DNA from: Octopus sinensis
Taxonomy: Eukaryota
DNA length: 64,000 bases
NCBI RefSeq assembly: GCF_006345805.1
Contig: NC_043000.1
Coordinates: 79,050,001 to 79,114,000, forward strand
Reading direction: 5' to 3'
The notes under the pieces are model-generated. The model was not told the DNA's origin, ran no database searches, and saw only the letters and a program-made list of their open reading frames with translations. The position numbers and the translations under genes are program-made. This document shows positions 1 to 12,700 of this stretch, piece by piece (the stretch's first letter is position 1; each line of letters opens with the position of its first letter).

Positions 1-500
1 GTGAAAGGTTTTTTGTGTTTAAAAACCCTATCCTGATTCGGTTTGAATTAATAATGGAATGGTAGCTTGGATATTTTGGAAAATTGTTATCTATAGGTTT
101 ACGAAAATGGTAAGAGCGGTTGGATTTGATCTGATTACTATATGGAATTATCAACCAAACAGTTTTACTAGGATAGACCTTGTTACTAGGGTAATTATCT
201 TGTGAAGTCCTCGACTTATTTGTATTACGTGTAGTGGGATATAAAGAACAGTTAACTAACTTACACTGCAAAATTTCATCTTTCGATTTAGTGTTGACTT
301 CCGAACTAAAATTTATATTGTTATTACCGTTATGACGTGTTTTCATGTCCTGATGAGTAGCGAAAGAATTTATGTCAGTAGCGTTAATATCGGAAATTTT
401 ATTCTTTATAGCCTGCTTTAAGTAACGAAGAGCTATGAAATATGGTTTTATCGTTGAAGATATCAACATCAGCAGATAATCTAGAACGCCTAAGTGAAGT
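1..500 (-). mobile_element. Penelope-like element remnant (Naiad-like RT thumb/linker)
   Basis: Minus-strand translation gives LSADVDIFND...LLKAGYKE and KTVWLIIPYSNQIKSN..FRKPIDNNFPKYPSYHSIINSNRIRIGF. This resembles the PLE linker consensus IIWFNPPYS..VKTN..FL.LIDKHFP...HKIFN.N..K.SYS. Stops and frameshifts are present. Confidence 0.55.
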
Positions 501-892
501 GTTTCATAATTATAGTTTTATAATTATACATTTCCCAGCGACTCTACTGATGAACCACGGAATAAGTGAATTGATTGACTAATTAATTGTTTTGTTTGAT
601 CATTAATTCAGAAACACATAGGTATAGGGGTAACTGAGATTTTTATTCATTTACATAACCTGCTCGACTACACGCAACGTACCTTAAATAAGAATCTTTC
701 TTTTCGTGGTTTCGCTTTTGATTGCACTTTTCAGCATATTAGAAGTCGACATGGTGGTATTTTCTCCGTGTATAAATTTCTATACTCTATTACATAGAAA
801 AATATACGTCCTCTGACTTTTAATAAGCATTCTGACCAATTGTAAAAATTTTATTTTTAAAAATTGTTACCCTTTGTTTATATTTATATACA

Positions 893-1175
<283 letters not shown>

Positions 1176-1790
1176 ATAAACTTGTTTTCAGACAAATATT
1201 TTGGTAAATATTGAAACCCGTAACAAAGTTATCTGCCGCCGTTTCTCCATAAACAAATATTATCGATATAGACTAGGAAGTTTGAATATACCAGTATGAG
1301 CAACCTCTTTTGGACTTATGTATACATGCATTTCGTAGTAACTTCCCTCCTCAGCATCGAATATCGCGAAGAGAGGAACTCCAAAAAGACTAATGAAAAT
1401 GGTGTTAACTATTTTCTCAACAACGAGGATGTACACTAACGCATTTAAATATCTCTCAGGCATATCTCATTTGAACTAGTAAGTATTGCATATTCTCAAT
1501 CAGTGATTGGTGCTTCTAATCAACATTTTATCTTAGCTGGGTAGCCGAAAAGCGTCATGATTCACAATGTTTTGATTGGTTTCCTATGACAGAAACCTCA
1601 TCTCTTAGTTCGGAGGTACTTCTTTGTTAAATCAGAGTTACCTCTCTTCTCGTTACTTGATGCTGGTACAAGATAAGAGGTTCGAAAAACCATTCATCCC
1701 TCCAAACGGATAGGTACATAGATACATATATAATGTATGTATGTAGGAAGGTATGTATGTATTTATATAATCATGTATATATATATAAAT

Positions 1791-1870
<80 letters not shown>

Positions 1871-1909
1871 ACACACACATATACATACGTACAATTTTGT
1901 GGATAAACA

Positions 1910-2110
1910 AATTATGGATCCTAAATTAGGCGTGGTCGAATACGAGATTTTAATAGATGTTTTATTGAAGATAAGGTAATATTTAAGGTTTGATGGGAAG
2001 TTAGATTTTAGGATTTTAAAGAAAATTTTAGGTAGAGATTTAACTTGGAGGGAGAAAGATTCGGAATAGGATTATTTCATAATGTTAGCTGATGTAGTTC
2101 ACCAGAATAT
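1910..2110 (-). mobile_element. Penelope-like (Naiad-like) linker fragment
   Basis: Minus frame reads [42 protein letters not shown], the same motif family as 1-500. Confidence 0.45.
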
Positions 2111-2239
2111 AAACCAGTAATGGAAACAAATAAACATTAGATAGATCCGACCTGGGTCTTTAAGATAGAGAGATAAAAATCTGTCATTTCAGACCATGAT
2201 GCTAGGAAATATCAAGGTAGAATTGTTCTGCGTAAATTT

Positions 2240-2735
2240 GCTCTGTTAATATATAAACATTAATATATTTGTACTTGGTATAATCGTCGTCTGTTAATAT
2301 CTATATATTTATACTTGAATATTCATCGTCTGTAAATATATGAATATCTATCAATTTATACTTGAATATACATCCTTCATTTAATATATAAATATCTATA
2401 TATTTATACTTGAATATTGATCGTCTGTATATATATAAATATCTATAAATTTATACTTGAATATACATCCTTCATTTAATATATAAATATCTATATATTT
2501 ATACTTGAATATTGATCGTCTGTTAATATATAAAAATTTATAAATTTATACTTGAATATACATCCTTCATTTAATATATAAATATCTATATATTTATACT
2601 TGAATATTGATCGTCTGTTAATATATAAAAATCTATAAATTTATACTTGAATATACATCCTTCATTTAATATATAAATATCTATATATTTATACTTGAAT
2701 AATCATCGTCTGTTAATATATAAATATCTATCATC
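2240..2735. repeat. minisatellite, 95-bp higher-order dimer of 47/48-bp monomers
   Basis: catccttcat recurs at 2371, 2466, 2561 and 2656 (period 95), alternating with the gatcgtctgtt variant. Confidence 0.9.
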
Positions 2736-3980
2736 CACGTTAAAAGTTTCCGGGTATAAGCTGAAATCATTTGAGCGCGACAAAGTGTTTTCTGTAATTA
2801 GAATCATTGGATCCCATCTGTTTATTCCATATATAAATATATAAACACACACACTCACACACACACATTCAAACACACATTTTCACACACACGCATACAC
2901 AGGCATTCACGCACACACGCACACACACACATATATATACAGAGAGATAGACAGACAGACAGACATACATACAGACGGACAGGCAGATAAGTAAATAGAT
3001 AGATAGATAGAGAGAGAGACAGAGAGAGAGAGCAACAGAGAGGTTTGGTATGTCTTTCTGACATACGGACAACGTGGTTCTGGGCTCAGCCCCATTACAC
3101 GGCTGCTTTTGTGACTGACATCTAATATAACTTCAGGCCACCCGTGAAGCTTGTAAGTGGATTTCGTAGTCGCAAACTAAAAGAAGCTTGTCAAATATGT
3201 GTATGCAATTAAGTGTATATATGTGTGAAGTCATGTGTGCGTGGATGTGAGTATATTCCTCTCTCTGTGTGTGTGTGTGTGTATTTGTGTGTGCGTGTGT
3301 GTTTTTGGGTGTTTGTGTATGTGTCTGTGCATGTGTATGTATCTGTGTATATGTGTGTGTGTGCGTGCGTGTGTGTGTATATTCTTGAATTATTTTTTGT
3401 ATCTTGTAACGTATATATATTCGGCATTAGTCTGAGCAAGTTTACTTGTTATATTCCAAACTACGCAAGGAAGCATAAGTTGAAGTAACAGATCTGAAAA
3501 TAGTAGACGAGTTTGTTTCCTTGGGCAGCATACTCAGCTTTTATTGATTCCTAGACAAGGAAATATGAAAAGACTTCAGAAAGCAACTGCTTCCCTCAGG
3601 ATTTACTTGTCTCATGTCTTGACCCAACAAATATTATTTGTGGCCGCATATGACTTTCCGATGCTGCGCTCATCAGTCATCAACAAATTCGTAAAGAAGA
3701 CGACTATTGTACGTTCATAATTATACATTGTGTGACATGCAATAGGACGTTGAAATGTTTGCCAGTCCAGAGGTGGTTTAACTAAACACAATACATTATA
3801 TCAGAATATGCTTCTGCATACTGATATACCTATAAGCAGCTTTGTTTGTGCAGTCTCTCGAAACACATGTAGAAGCTTAACAGGCATAAATAGCAACTGT
3901 GGTCGAATGTAAGATGTATTCCATGATGAGATATGACAACAACCTTGAGACATTGAATTGTTCTAACTATAGAAAATATA

Positions 3981-4140
3981 AGGAGTGGCTGTGTTGTAAG
4001 CAGCTGCTTTAACAACCACATAGTTCCGGGTTCAGTCCCACTGCGTAGCATCTTGGACAAGTGTCTCCTACTATAGCCTCCGGCCAATTGAAACCATGTG
4101 AGTGGATTTGGTAGACGGAAACTGAAATAAGCCCGTCATA

Positions 4141-4230
<90 letters not shown>

Positions 4231-4440
4231 TGTGTCTGTGTTTGTCCACGCAACATCGCTTGACAACCGATACTAGTGAGTTTACGGCCCCGTAACTTAG
4301 CAGGTCAGCAAAAAAGACCGATAGAATAAGTACTAGGCTTACAAAGAATAAGTCCTCGGGTGGATTTGCTCGGCTAAAAGGCGGTGCTCCAGCATGGCTA
4401 CAGTCAAATGACTGAAACAAGTAAAACAGTAAAAGAGTAA
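3981..4440 (+). mobile_element. tRNA-derived SINE, family A (ggcgcaggagtggctg... head, internal microsatellite)
   Basis: Clearly homologous to copies at 13307, 16067 and 55546. Has A/B-box-like head, cttgg(a/g)caagtgtc core and gactgaaacaagtaaaa tail. Confidence 0.85.
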
Positions 4441-5377
4441 TTCTGAAGTAATTTGACCAACTTTGTTATTCGTCATTTCCGGGTCAATAAATCAAAAGTA
4501 GTTAACAACAAATCATTCAATTATTGAAGTACTGAAATGCTTTTCATCACAGATCTTCAAATAGATAACTCGAATATCTAAAATGGTATTGAAGAAGTTT
4601 ACAGTTATAAATGAAACAAAAAGGTTCGGCAGATATATGTTTTATTTAAAAACGTTATGTTTGTAATATTTACAATTCTTAAAAATATCAATATAAATTA
4701 ACTGTTCTTCATCAGTAACGTCGCCTCTGAAAAGAATAAAATTACAAGAAATCAATATATTTATTAGATTGGACATACAAATTAAAAACAATAACATAGA
4801 CTAAGTATCAAGTTGGATTTATATTTCAAAATGTGTATATTAGATTAGTTGTATATATCACATTCTTTTACAACAAAGTATGAATATTTCACCAGGCGCA
4901 GAAAAGCTTAACTCACGAACTATATTCTGAAACGTGAGATAATATATAGTAAAATTTACAATTCTTTATCGCAATGCTACTTACAATGATGATCCAATGT
5001 GAAAGCTAGTCTGTTGATTTCACAAGAGTAGCAATAAAGTTAGTTGAAACATTGAAAGTTAATAATTTTCATATAGATAATGAAATATATGCAGATATAC
5101 AAAATCTCGTGTTTACAATGAAGAGAACATTGGCTTTCTTCAAGATAATGGTAGGGTCAATGAAATTGAACTACTTCAAATAAAGACAGAAATCGAATCG
5201 CTGATACAATTTTGTTTGTACGACAATGTAGTAGAGTGTAGTACAGTGAGAGCATTGCAATGTTTATGCTAAACATTATTCAATTCTTTCTTGTTTTCTC
5301 TGTTTACAATGACTAACTATATAAGGATGAGACACGTTATATTAGGGAGATCAAAACTAATAGAAAACTTTACTCAC

Positions 5378-7193
5378 CTCTTTATAACAATTGTATTTGG
5401 TACACTTGACATTTCCATTTGAACAACGACAAACATTGCATCTATCTTGAGTCATAAATGTTTTTCCATCTGGGATAGTTTTCCCATAATATTGGCATGT
5501 AGTTGGGGGACAGTACATTTTAGTACAGGATACTTGACCAAACTGTCCGCATGTACAGGTGTTGCAGTCATCTTTAAATGTTTCGCCAGCAGAATAGGTT
5601 TTCCCTTTGTGTATACAGGGTTTCGTGCATGTTTTCTGCTCACAAACCACCCTTCCCTCAGAAGTGCACTGACATTTGTTGCAATCATTATACCATATAG
5701 AACCAATGTCGTAATGCTTGCCGTTGTAATTGCAGGTACATAGATTAGTAGTACAGCCTACAGTACCATCGGCTTTGCATGTGCACGTGTTACAATCCTT
5801 TCTAAATGAATCCCCTATTCCATAGGTGTTTCCATTGTATAAGCAATTACAAGGGTTATTAGTACAGCTGACTCTACCGTTCACTTCACACGTACATGTA
5901 TTACAACCTTGTCTAAATGTTTGACCTACATTATAAAGCTGGTTGTTGTAAGTACATTTGCAAACGTTGGTTGTACATTGAACATATCCAGTTGATAAAC
6001 ATTGGCATTGGTTACAATCTTCTTGAAATGTCTGACCAATTTTATAAGACCGTCCTTTCCGTGTACATCGACACGTTTTATATGTGCACTCTACTTGTCC
6101 GTTATGCTGACATGTACAAGTGTTACAGTCATCAGTGAATGCCTGTCCGATATTATAAACTTTATGATTGTAAGTACAGGTACATGGATTTGTAGTGCAG
6201 TCTACGGTACCATCGGCTTGGCATGTGCACGTATTACATCCATTTCTAAATGTTTGACCTATATTATAAAACTGGTTGTTATAACTACATTTGCACATTC
6301 TATATGTGCACGCAACTTGACCGTTATGTTGGCATGTACAAGTATTACAGTCATCAGTGAATTTCTGTCCCATATTATAAACCCTGTGTTTGTATGTACA
6401 GGTACATGGATTTGTAGTGCAGTCTACACTACCATCAATTTTACACGTGCATGTATTGCAGCCGTTTGGAAATGTTTCTCCAATTCGGTAGGTATTTCCG
6501 TTATAAATGCATTTGCATCGCTTGTTAGAACACTGGACTGTACCACTAAACAAACATTGACATTCATCACATTCACCAAATCTTTGGCCAATATTATAGG
6601 TCCGTCCTTGGTAAGTACATTGACAGACTCTTGTTGTACAATCTACTTGTCCGTTTATACAACGGCAAGTGTTGCAAGCGTCAATGAAAGTTTGACCCTC
6701 TTGATATTGTGATTTTTGTAATAACAGCCACATCTATCACTGTTACACTGCACTGTTCCTGTAGTTTGACAGGTGCAAGTCTTACAACCATCATTGAAAC
6801 TCACTCCAACGTTGTAGTCTTTACCATTATACTGGCACTGACACACGTTATTAGTACACTGAATATAGCCAGAAGAAAGACATTTACATCTATTACATTT
6901 GTCTTGGAATTCTTCACCCTCTTGGTATACCTTTCCGTTGTAAGTACATTGTTTAGGGCAGTCTTTGTTGCTACATTGTACCTGACCACCGTGTTTGCAT
7001 TCACATGTATTACAGGATTGCTGGAATGTCTCTCCTACTCTGTAACGTCTACCTTGATAGATACAAGTAGATTCCTGCCCGTAATCACAACGTAAATTTG
7101 TACAGACTGCTTTGCCATATTCACCACATACACACGTGTTGCAGTCGATCTTGAATCTTCCTCCATACTTCTTTCCATTATGTGTACATTCGT
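5378..7193 (-). CDS. single large internal exon encoding 16 tandem six-Cys VWC N-terminal-half / pacifastin-like modules (secreted kielin/chordin-like-annotated type protein); 1-nt frameshift at 6713-6717
   Basis: ORFs 6655-7236 and 5357-6733 share the repeat C-x16-C-N-x-C-x-C-x3-G-x3-C-T-x3-C. Acceptor ttttcctttacAG at 7195-7194 (phase 1); donor GAG|GTGAGT after 5378. The 1816-nt exon plus one base gives 2+605 codons, consistent with a single missing A. Confidence 0.85.
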
Positions 7194-7269
7194 CTGTAAA
7201 GGAAAACATCAACTGATAATTATTTCCATTAACCACAGAAGAGTTATCTACTGAAAATGAATATGTATA

Positions 7270-7314
7270 TCCTAAAGTAATTCCTCACATACATACAGAC
7301 ATACAGACATACAG

Positions 7315-7364
<50 letters not shown>

Positions 7365-7495
7365 ACATACACACACATATATACACATGAATAAATACAT
7401 ACATACAACATATGTATATACATGGACGTACTTGAATATGAAGGTACAGGTATATAAACATATATACATATATATATATGTATATACACGCATTT

Positions 7496-7546
<51 letters not shown>

Positions 7547-7595
7547 TATATATATATATATATACATACACACATGATTAAATACATACATACAT

Positions 7596-7638
<43 letters not shown>

Positions 7639-7660
7639 ATGTACTTGAATATGCAGGTAC

Positions 7661-7697
<37 letters not shown>

Positions 7698-7743
7698 TTT
7701 ATACGTACATACATAAGTACATACAAACACACACACACAGACA

Positions 7744-7817
<74 letters not shown>

Positions 7818-7820
7818 TAT
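7270..7820. repeat. compound CA/TA microsatellite with internal ~190-bp duplication
   Basis: Direct reading; gtacttgaatatg..aggtac occurs twice. Confidence 0.9.
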
Positions 7821-8274
7821 AGGGAAGGGAATTTGAAAATGCAGAGGTCTTTAAAGCTGTTTATTGACCGGTTTCACTTTCTTTTAAAAAAAGCTGATCA
7901 AAAGGCTTTGTATAACCTTTGTGGTGTTAAAATTTAGTTAACATACATGTATTAAAATACAGTGATAGAGTCTTTGACAATGGTAAGAAAATGTTAAGAA
8001 ATAGAATATTTGACGAAGATAGGAGCATGTCAAGAGAGGCTTTCTGTTTAAACAGATTAGGTAAAAGTGTTCAAAATAGGCAAAATAGTTCATAAGAATC
8101 ATAATCATAATCAATATCTATAAATCTGAAATGTGAAAAGTCTGTTTGTCTGGTTTTGGCATTGGAACGGGGTAAAGGGCACTAGATCCCGTCGGATTGA
8201 CTCCAAAATTTACAGGGACATGTAAAATGAGGTGAGGATTTGAGTGGTTTAGGTTAGAAACCCCTATATAATGC

Positions 8275-8309
<35 letters not shown>

Positions 8310-8903
8310 GTGTGCATTATGTGGTCGGTTGTGCTGAACATATGCACACCTATGATAAAAGTGCTGGCGAGTTTGCATGACAACTCTAATGAAAGGCGTG
8401 ACCTCTAGGACAAAATTCCTCATCTTATAAAATGTGGCCATGGTAAACCCGAATGAAATCGGGTTATATTAACCAAAATGTGAAAAGAGGTCTAAATGGG
8501 GCTTGAAGGGGATTAAAATTTACAGGAGCGGGTGTTTAAGAATTCTCTGTTACATCAAGCTAAAAAATTTGCGCCATCCTTTCAATCGTCAATGTGATGC
8601 CGTCCATGATGAAGAAGTTTTGAATGCTTGCCATGGTGAGTCAACTGTCATGAGAAAGAATCACTTCAAAGTTTGGTGTTTAGGAATTTTCTTTTACATC
8701 AAGTTCAAAATTTTACGCCAGCCGTTAAACTGCCACTACGTTGCTGTCCGTCGTTAAGAAATGCCAGCCATGGCGACTCTACTATCCTCAGATTCTATCC
8801 CTTCAAACTTTGGTTTCCAATATTTTTTTTTATTCAGCTCGTAAGTTCGTCTGTCCCTTTTAAATGTTAGTGTTTTGCTGTCTGCCTTGAAGCAGACCGT
8901 TCC

Positions 8904-9357
8904 GTTGTTACTGCCTGATATTTATGATTGATCTTTCAAAATATTTTTCTTTCTCAACTTACTCAAGATCTTTTGTCGTTTATAAATGGGAGAGAGATAG
9001 ATAGAGAAAGATAGAGAGTAAGAAAAAGCTAGGGAGAGTCCGAGAGAAAGGAAGAGTAAGAGAGTGGGAAAGTGAGAGAATAAGAAGCGAGAAACATAGA
9101 GGGAGAATGCGGTGATAAAAACAGAAAGGAAGCAACAGAAAGTAAGAACCTCACTCTTACCCGCGCGTAGAGCGGGTCACCTTTGCGAAAAGTTTGTTTG
9201 TTTTGTTTTGGTTTCTCTCGGACTCTCCCTAGCTTCCTCTTACTCTCTATCTTTCTCTATCTACCTCTCTCCCATGTTTAAACAACAAAAGATCTTGAGT
9301 AAGTTGAGAAAGAAAAATATTTTGAAAGATCAATCATAAATATCAGGCAGTAACAAC
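8904..9357. repeat. foldback: 146-bp inverted arms (8904-9049 / 9212-9357) around a ~160-bp spacer
   Basis: gttgttactgcctgatatttatgattgatctttcaaaatatttttc... is reverse-complemented by ...gaaaaatattttgaaagatcaatcataaatatcaggcagtaacaac. Confidence 0.9.
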
Positions 9358-9530
9358 CAAACAAAGGAAGCAACAGAAAGTAACAACCACACTCTTACCC
9401 GCACGTAGAGCGGGTCACCTTAAGATAGTTGTTTATATTTCATAAGAAATCATAACTTTTTATAAGTTCAAAGAAATCGTAGCATATATACAGAAAGATT
9501 TTGTAGACAGTATTTGATAGTAGGTGGAAA

Positions 9531-9775
9531 CGCGTGGCTTTGTGGTTAGGGTGTCAGCATCATGATCGTAAGATTGTGGTTTCGATTGCTGGACCGGGCG
9601 ACGCGTTGTGTTCTTGAGCAAAACACTTCATTTCACGTTGCGTCCAGTCAACAGAGCTGGCAAAAATGAAGAACGCTGTGATCGACTGGCGTCCCGTCCA
9701 GCTGGGTAACACATACGCCATAGAAACCGGGAAACCGGGTCCATGAGCCTTGCTAGGCTTTAAATGGGCGCATTT
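9531..9775 (+). mobile_element. tRNA-derived SINE (family with tgtgttcttgagcaa(a/g)acactt core)
   Basis: tRNA-like head tggctttgtggttagg...gtttcgattgc; core shared with the copy at 57483. Confidence 0.75.
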
Positions 9776-12700
9776 ATATTATTTGATAGGAGAAAGCGTG
9801 TATTGCTTTGTCAAATGTTCATTAGAAATGATAATTATTTATAAGGACTTTAGAGGAATGATCACAATATGCCCATTCCCCAGTAAAAACACACAGACAC
9901 ACAAAGAAGAAGCACACACATATACACACGCAATACAATTCCAACAATCACAACAAAAACTCACAGGTACACACATACACAAATACACCAGCACGTAGAC
10001 GCACACACAGCACAGAAAAATAACACATGTACATAGACACACACATGCACACACACCCGAAAAATACATGAAACACACACACACACACACACAAACGCAT
10101 ACCCAGTATAACTACGCACAGTATGTACACGCATACACAACACACACACGTACACACCATCCTTATAAACGTAGCACACAAGGACACACACGCAATTATA
10201 TTATTATCATTATTATTAATATTATTATTATTATTAAACAGCAAAACGTCAGAAAAATATCAGAAACTATCTGCTACTCAAATGTTTCATGTACACGTTC
10301 GTCGCATAGTTTACTTTGAGAATTTGAGAATATTAGATTCTCAGTCTAAACCGTCAGACGAGCGAGAACGTGAAACTCTGAATAGCAGGTTTTTCTGCTG
10401 ATTTTGCAGCTTTAATAGTACTAAAGCATATTACTCTACCTCCGGTTTGCCAGTGCTATATTTTAAATATTAAATGACTATTCTCTATTAATATTTACTT
10501 TTCAATATTTAATTTGCTCAATCAGACAATCAATACTTCATTTCATTTCTTTCTTACTATATATTCTATATCCTATATTAATATTAAAAGAATATAAATA
10601 AAACATAGACAGAGTTGGAATTCCTTTGAGTAATCTATTCTTCTATACACAATCATACAAACCCCTTTGTATATATACGTATGAATAAATGGTTGATAAA
10701 TTAAACTAAATAATTAAGAAGGAAAACGTCGCGAAATAGACAATGTACGGCAATATAATTTACTTACAGCTGTTCACACATGAAATAGCTACTATTACTA
10801 GTAACAATTTGTACAACATGATGGTCAGTTGGTTTCTCTTTCCTCAGCGTCTTGGAGATCGGTGATGGTTGTCTTGTGACACAAGGGCAAGTTTGAGAAA
10901 CGTCTTAATAGAGCTCTTTATATAGTTCTAAGTAAACGTGATCAATTATTTAAACTGAATTAATTCAGTTGGCTTAATTATTTACATTAATTCTATATTT
11001 ACAATCACAAATTTTCCCTGCAAAATGAAATATTCAAAAATGGGTGGATCTTTTTTCCTTGACATTATGTTAATTAGTTAAATGTTTTAATGATTGTTTC
11101 ATTAATGAATACATTAACGTCACATGTTACTTAATGTGCTCATAGATATTAAAGCAGATATGAAATAATTGTTGCAGTATACGTTACACACCTCAATACC
11201 GAAATGCAAATGTTCATGTATTCATTCAATCCTTAAGAATAGTTTTTGCAACTTTTTCTGAACATACAATGCCTGCACCCAACCCAAAGAAAATAATTTA
11301 GCTTCGATTCTCGTGTCTTTTCACATGTTAGTCAAAGACGCATTTTCCAGTTTAAGGAATTTTGTCTCCCTTTTACATTTTTCTAACAGGCCACTTTTAT
11401 ACCAACTTTAATTGTGCCTAACTGGTTATACACATATTTGTGTATGGCTGAGGTCCACCATACAGAAATATATCTCCATACAATACAACATAGTTCACAA
11501 ATATTTCTCCATACAACATTGTTCACATTCATACCGGTTATTTGTGTATGGCTGAGCTCGGCCATACACAAATAGCCAGCATGGATGTGAACTACGTTGT
11601 ATTGAGATATATCAAATATTCTAATAGAGAGATAAACGAAACCTAATTAATAATAAATTAATGATAAATAGGATCTTAGAGTATCATATGTTCATAGGAT
11701 TACCCGTACCTTTAAATACTTTAGATGCGGGTAATAAGTATATCATACTATGATTTGGTAGCACAAGTTATTCGGGGTGTCATATCATTCATAGCATACC
11801 CTCTATTATCTCGAAATCTATGAAGTATTGCTTTCTAATAACTCTTAACCCCTTTGATCTGTAATCTTTTAATAATTATATTATATATTTACACCTTCAG
11901 TATTGGAATTCTCTTCGCTCGTGGTTAGTATACCATATAAATTTACAATGGATTACTAAATCTTGCACCTCACTTAAATATGAGATATAACCCCAAGGAT
12001 CTGTTATTATTTTGCATAGATCAGTGTATTCGATGTATTTTAGAAATATTTTTGTAACCCATTTCCAAAGGTATCTTTATTTTTTAATTATATATTTGAT
12101 ACTTATATTTTTATTTTATATGGTATTCATGATAATAACATATCTAAGAGTTTTTTCAATATATCAATATAACTTATATCTTAATTTATAAAATAATCGT
12201 TATTTTATTTTATTTTGACTTATCCTTACTTTTATGTGTGTTATACCTTTTATATCATTCTGTAAAGAAATATCTTATAAAACTGTTTTTAAAATGTTTA
12301 TTTTTCATATTTTATATTAAATTTATGTATTCATAAACCTTCCTATACATTTGTCTAGCTTCTATATCTTATAAAGTGTTTATAACTTCTTTTCATAAAA
12401 CTCACTGTACAAGACAATTTTATATTTTAGATTTATAATTACACATTGTTTTATAAATTTTTTCTATCTATTTTTGATATTTTTATACATTTGTATATCC
12501 TTTCATAAACTTTCCTAGCGTTTGTAATTCATAAATAATTCTTTTATAAGGTCGTTTTATATAATTTACTGGATATGGGAATCCTTATTTTAATATATTT
12601 TTTAATCACTCTATATTCATTAAATGTTTACATGCCCAAGTAACGCTTTTATACATTTAGTATACCTCTAATTCAATTACCTCTTATATTCGATACATTA

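Noticed and set aside
1180-1470. Weak resemblance to piggyBac transposase (FGVPLFAIFDA...VY; ADNFVT)
   Set aside because: Only a few residues match across a frameshift and no TTAA/TIR was found; cannot be supported without a profile search.
3612-3781. Possible terminal exon of the Cys-rich gene (acceptor at 3783-3782, 56-codon frame, AATAAA at 3540-3545)
   Set aside because: Requires phase 1 whereas the upstream donor at 5378 is phase 0; the peptide is unremarkable.
6705-6725. Programmed -1 ribosomal frameshift in the exon
   Set aside because: C AAA AAT is not an X XXY YYZ slippery heptamer and no downstream structure is evident; an indel is simpler.
6002-7095. Plus-strand ORFs of 236 and 128 aa
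   Set aside because: Antisense shadows of the Cys-rich exon.
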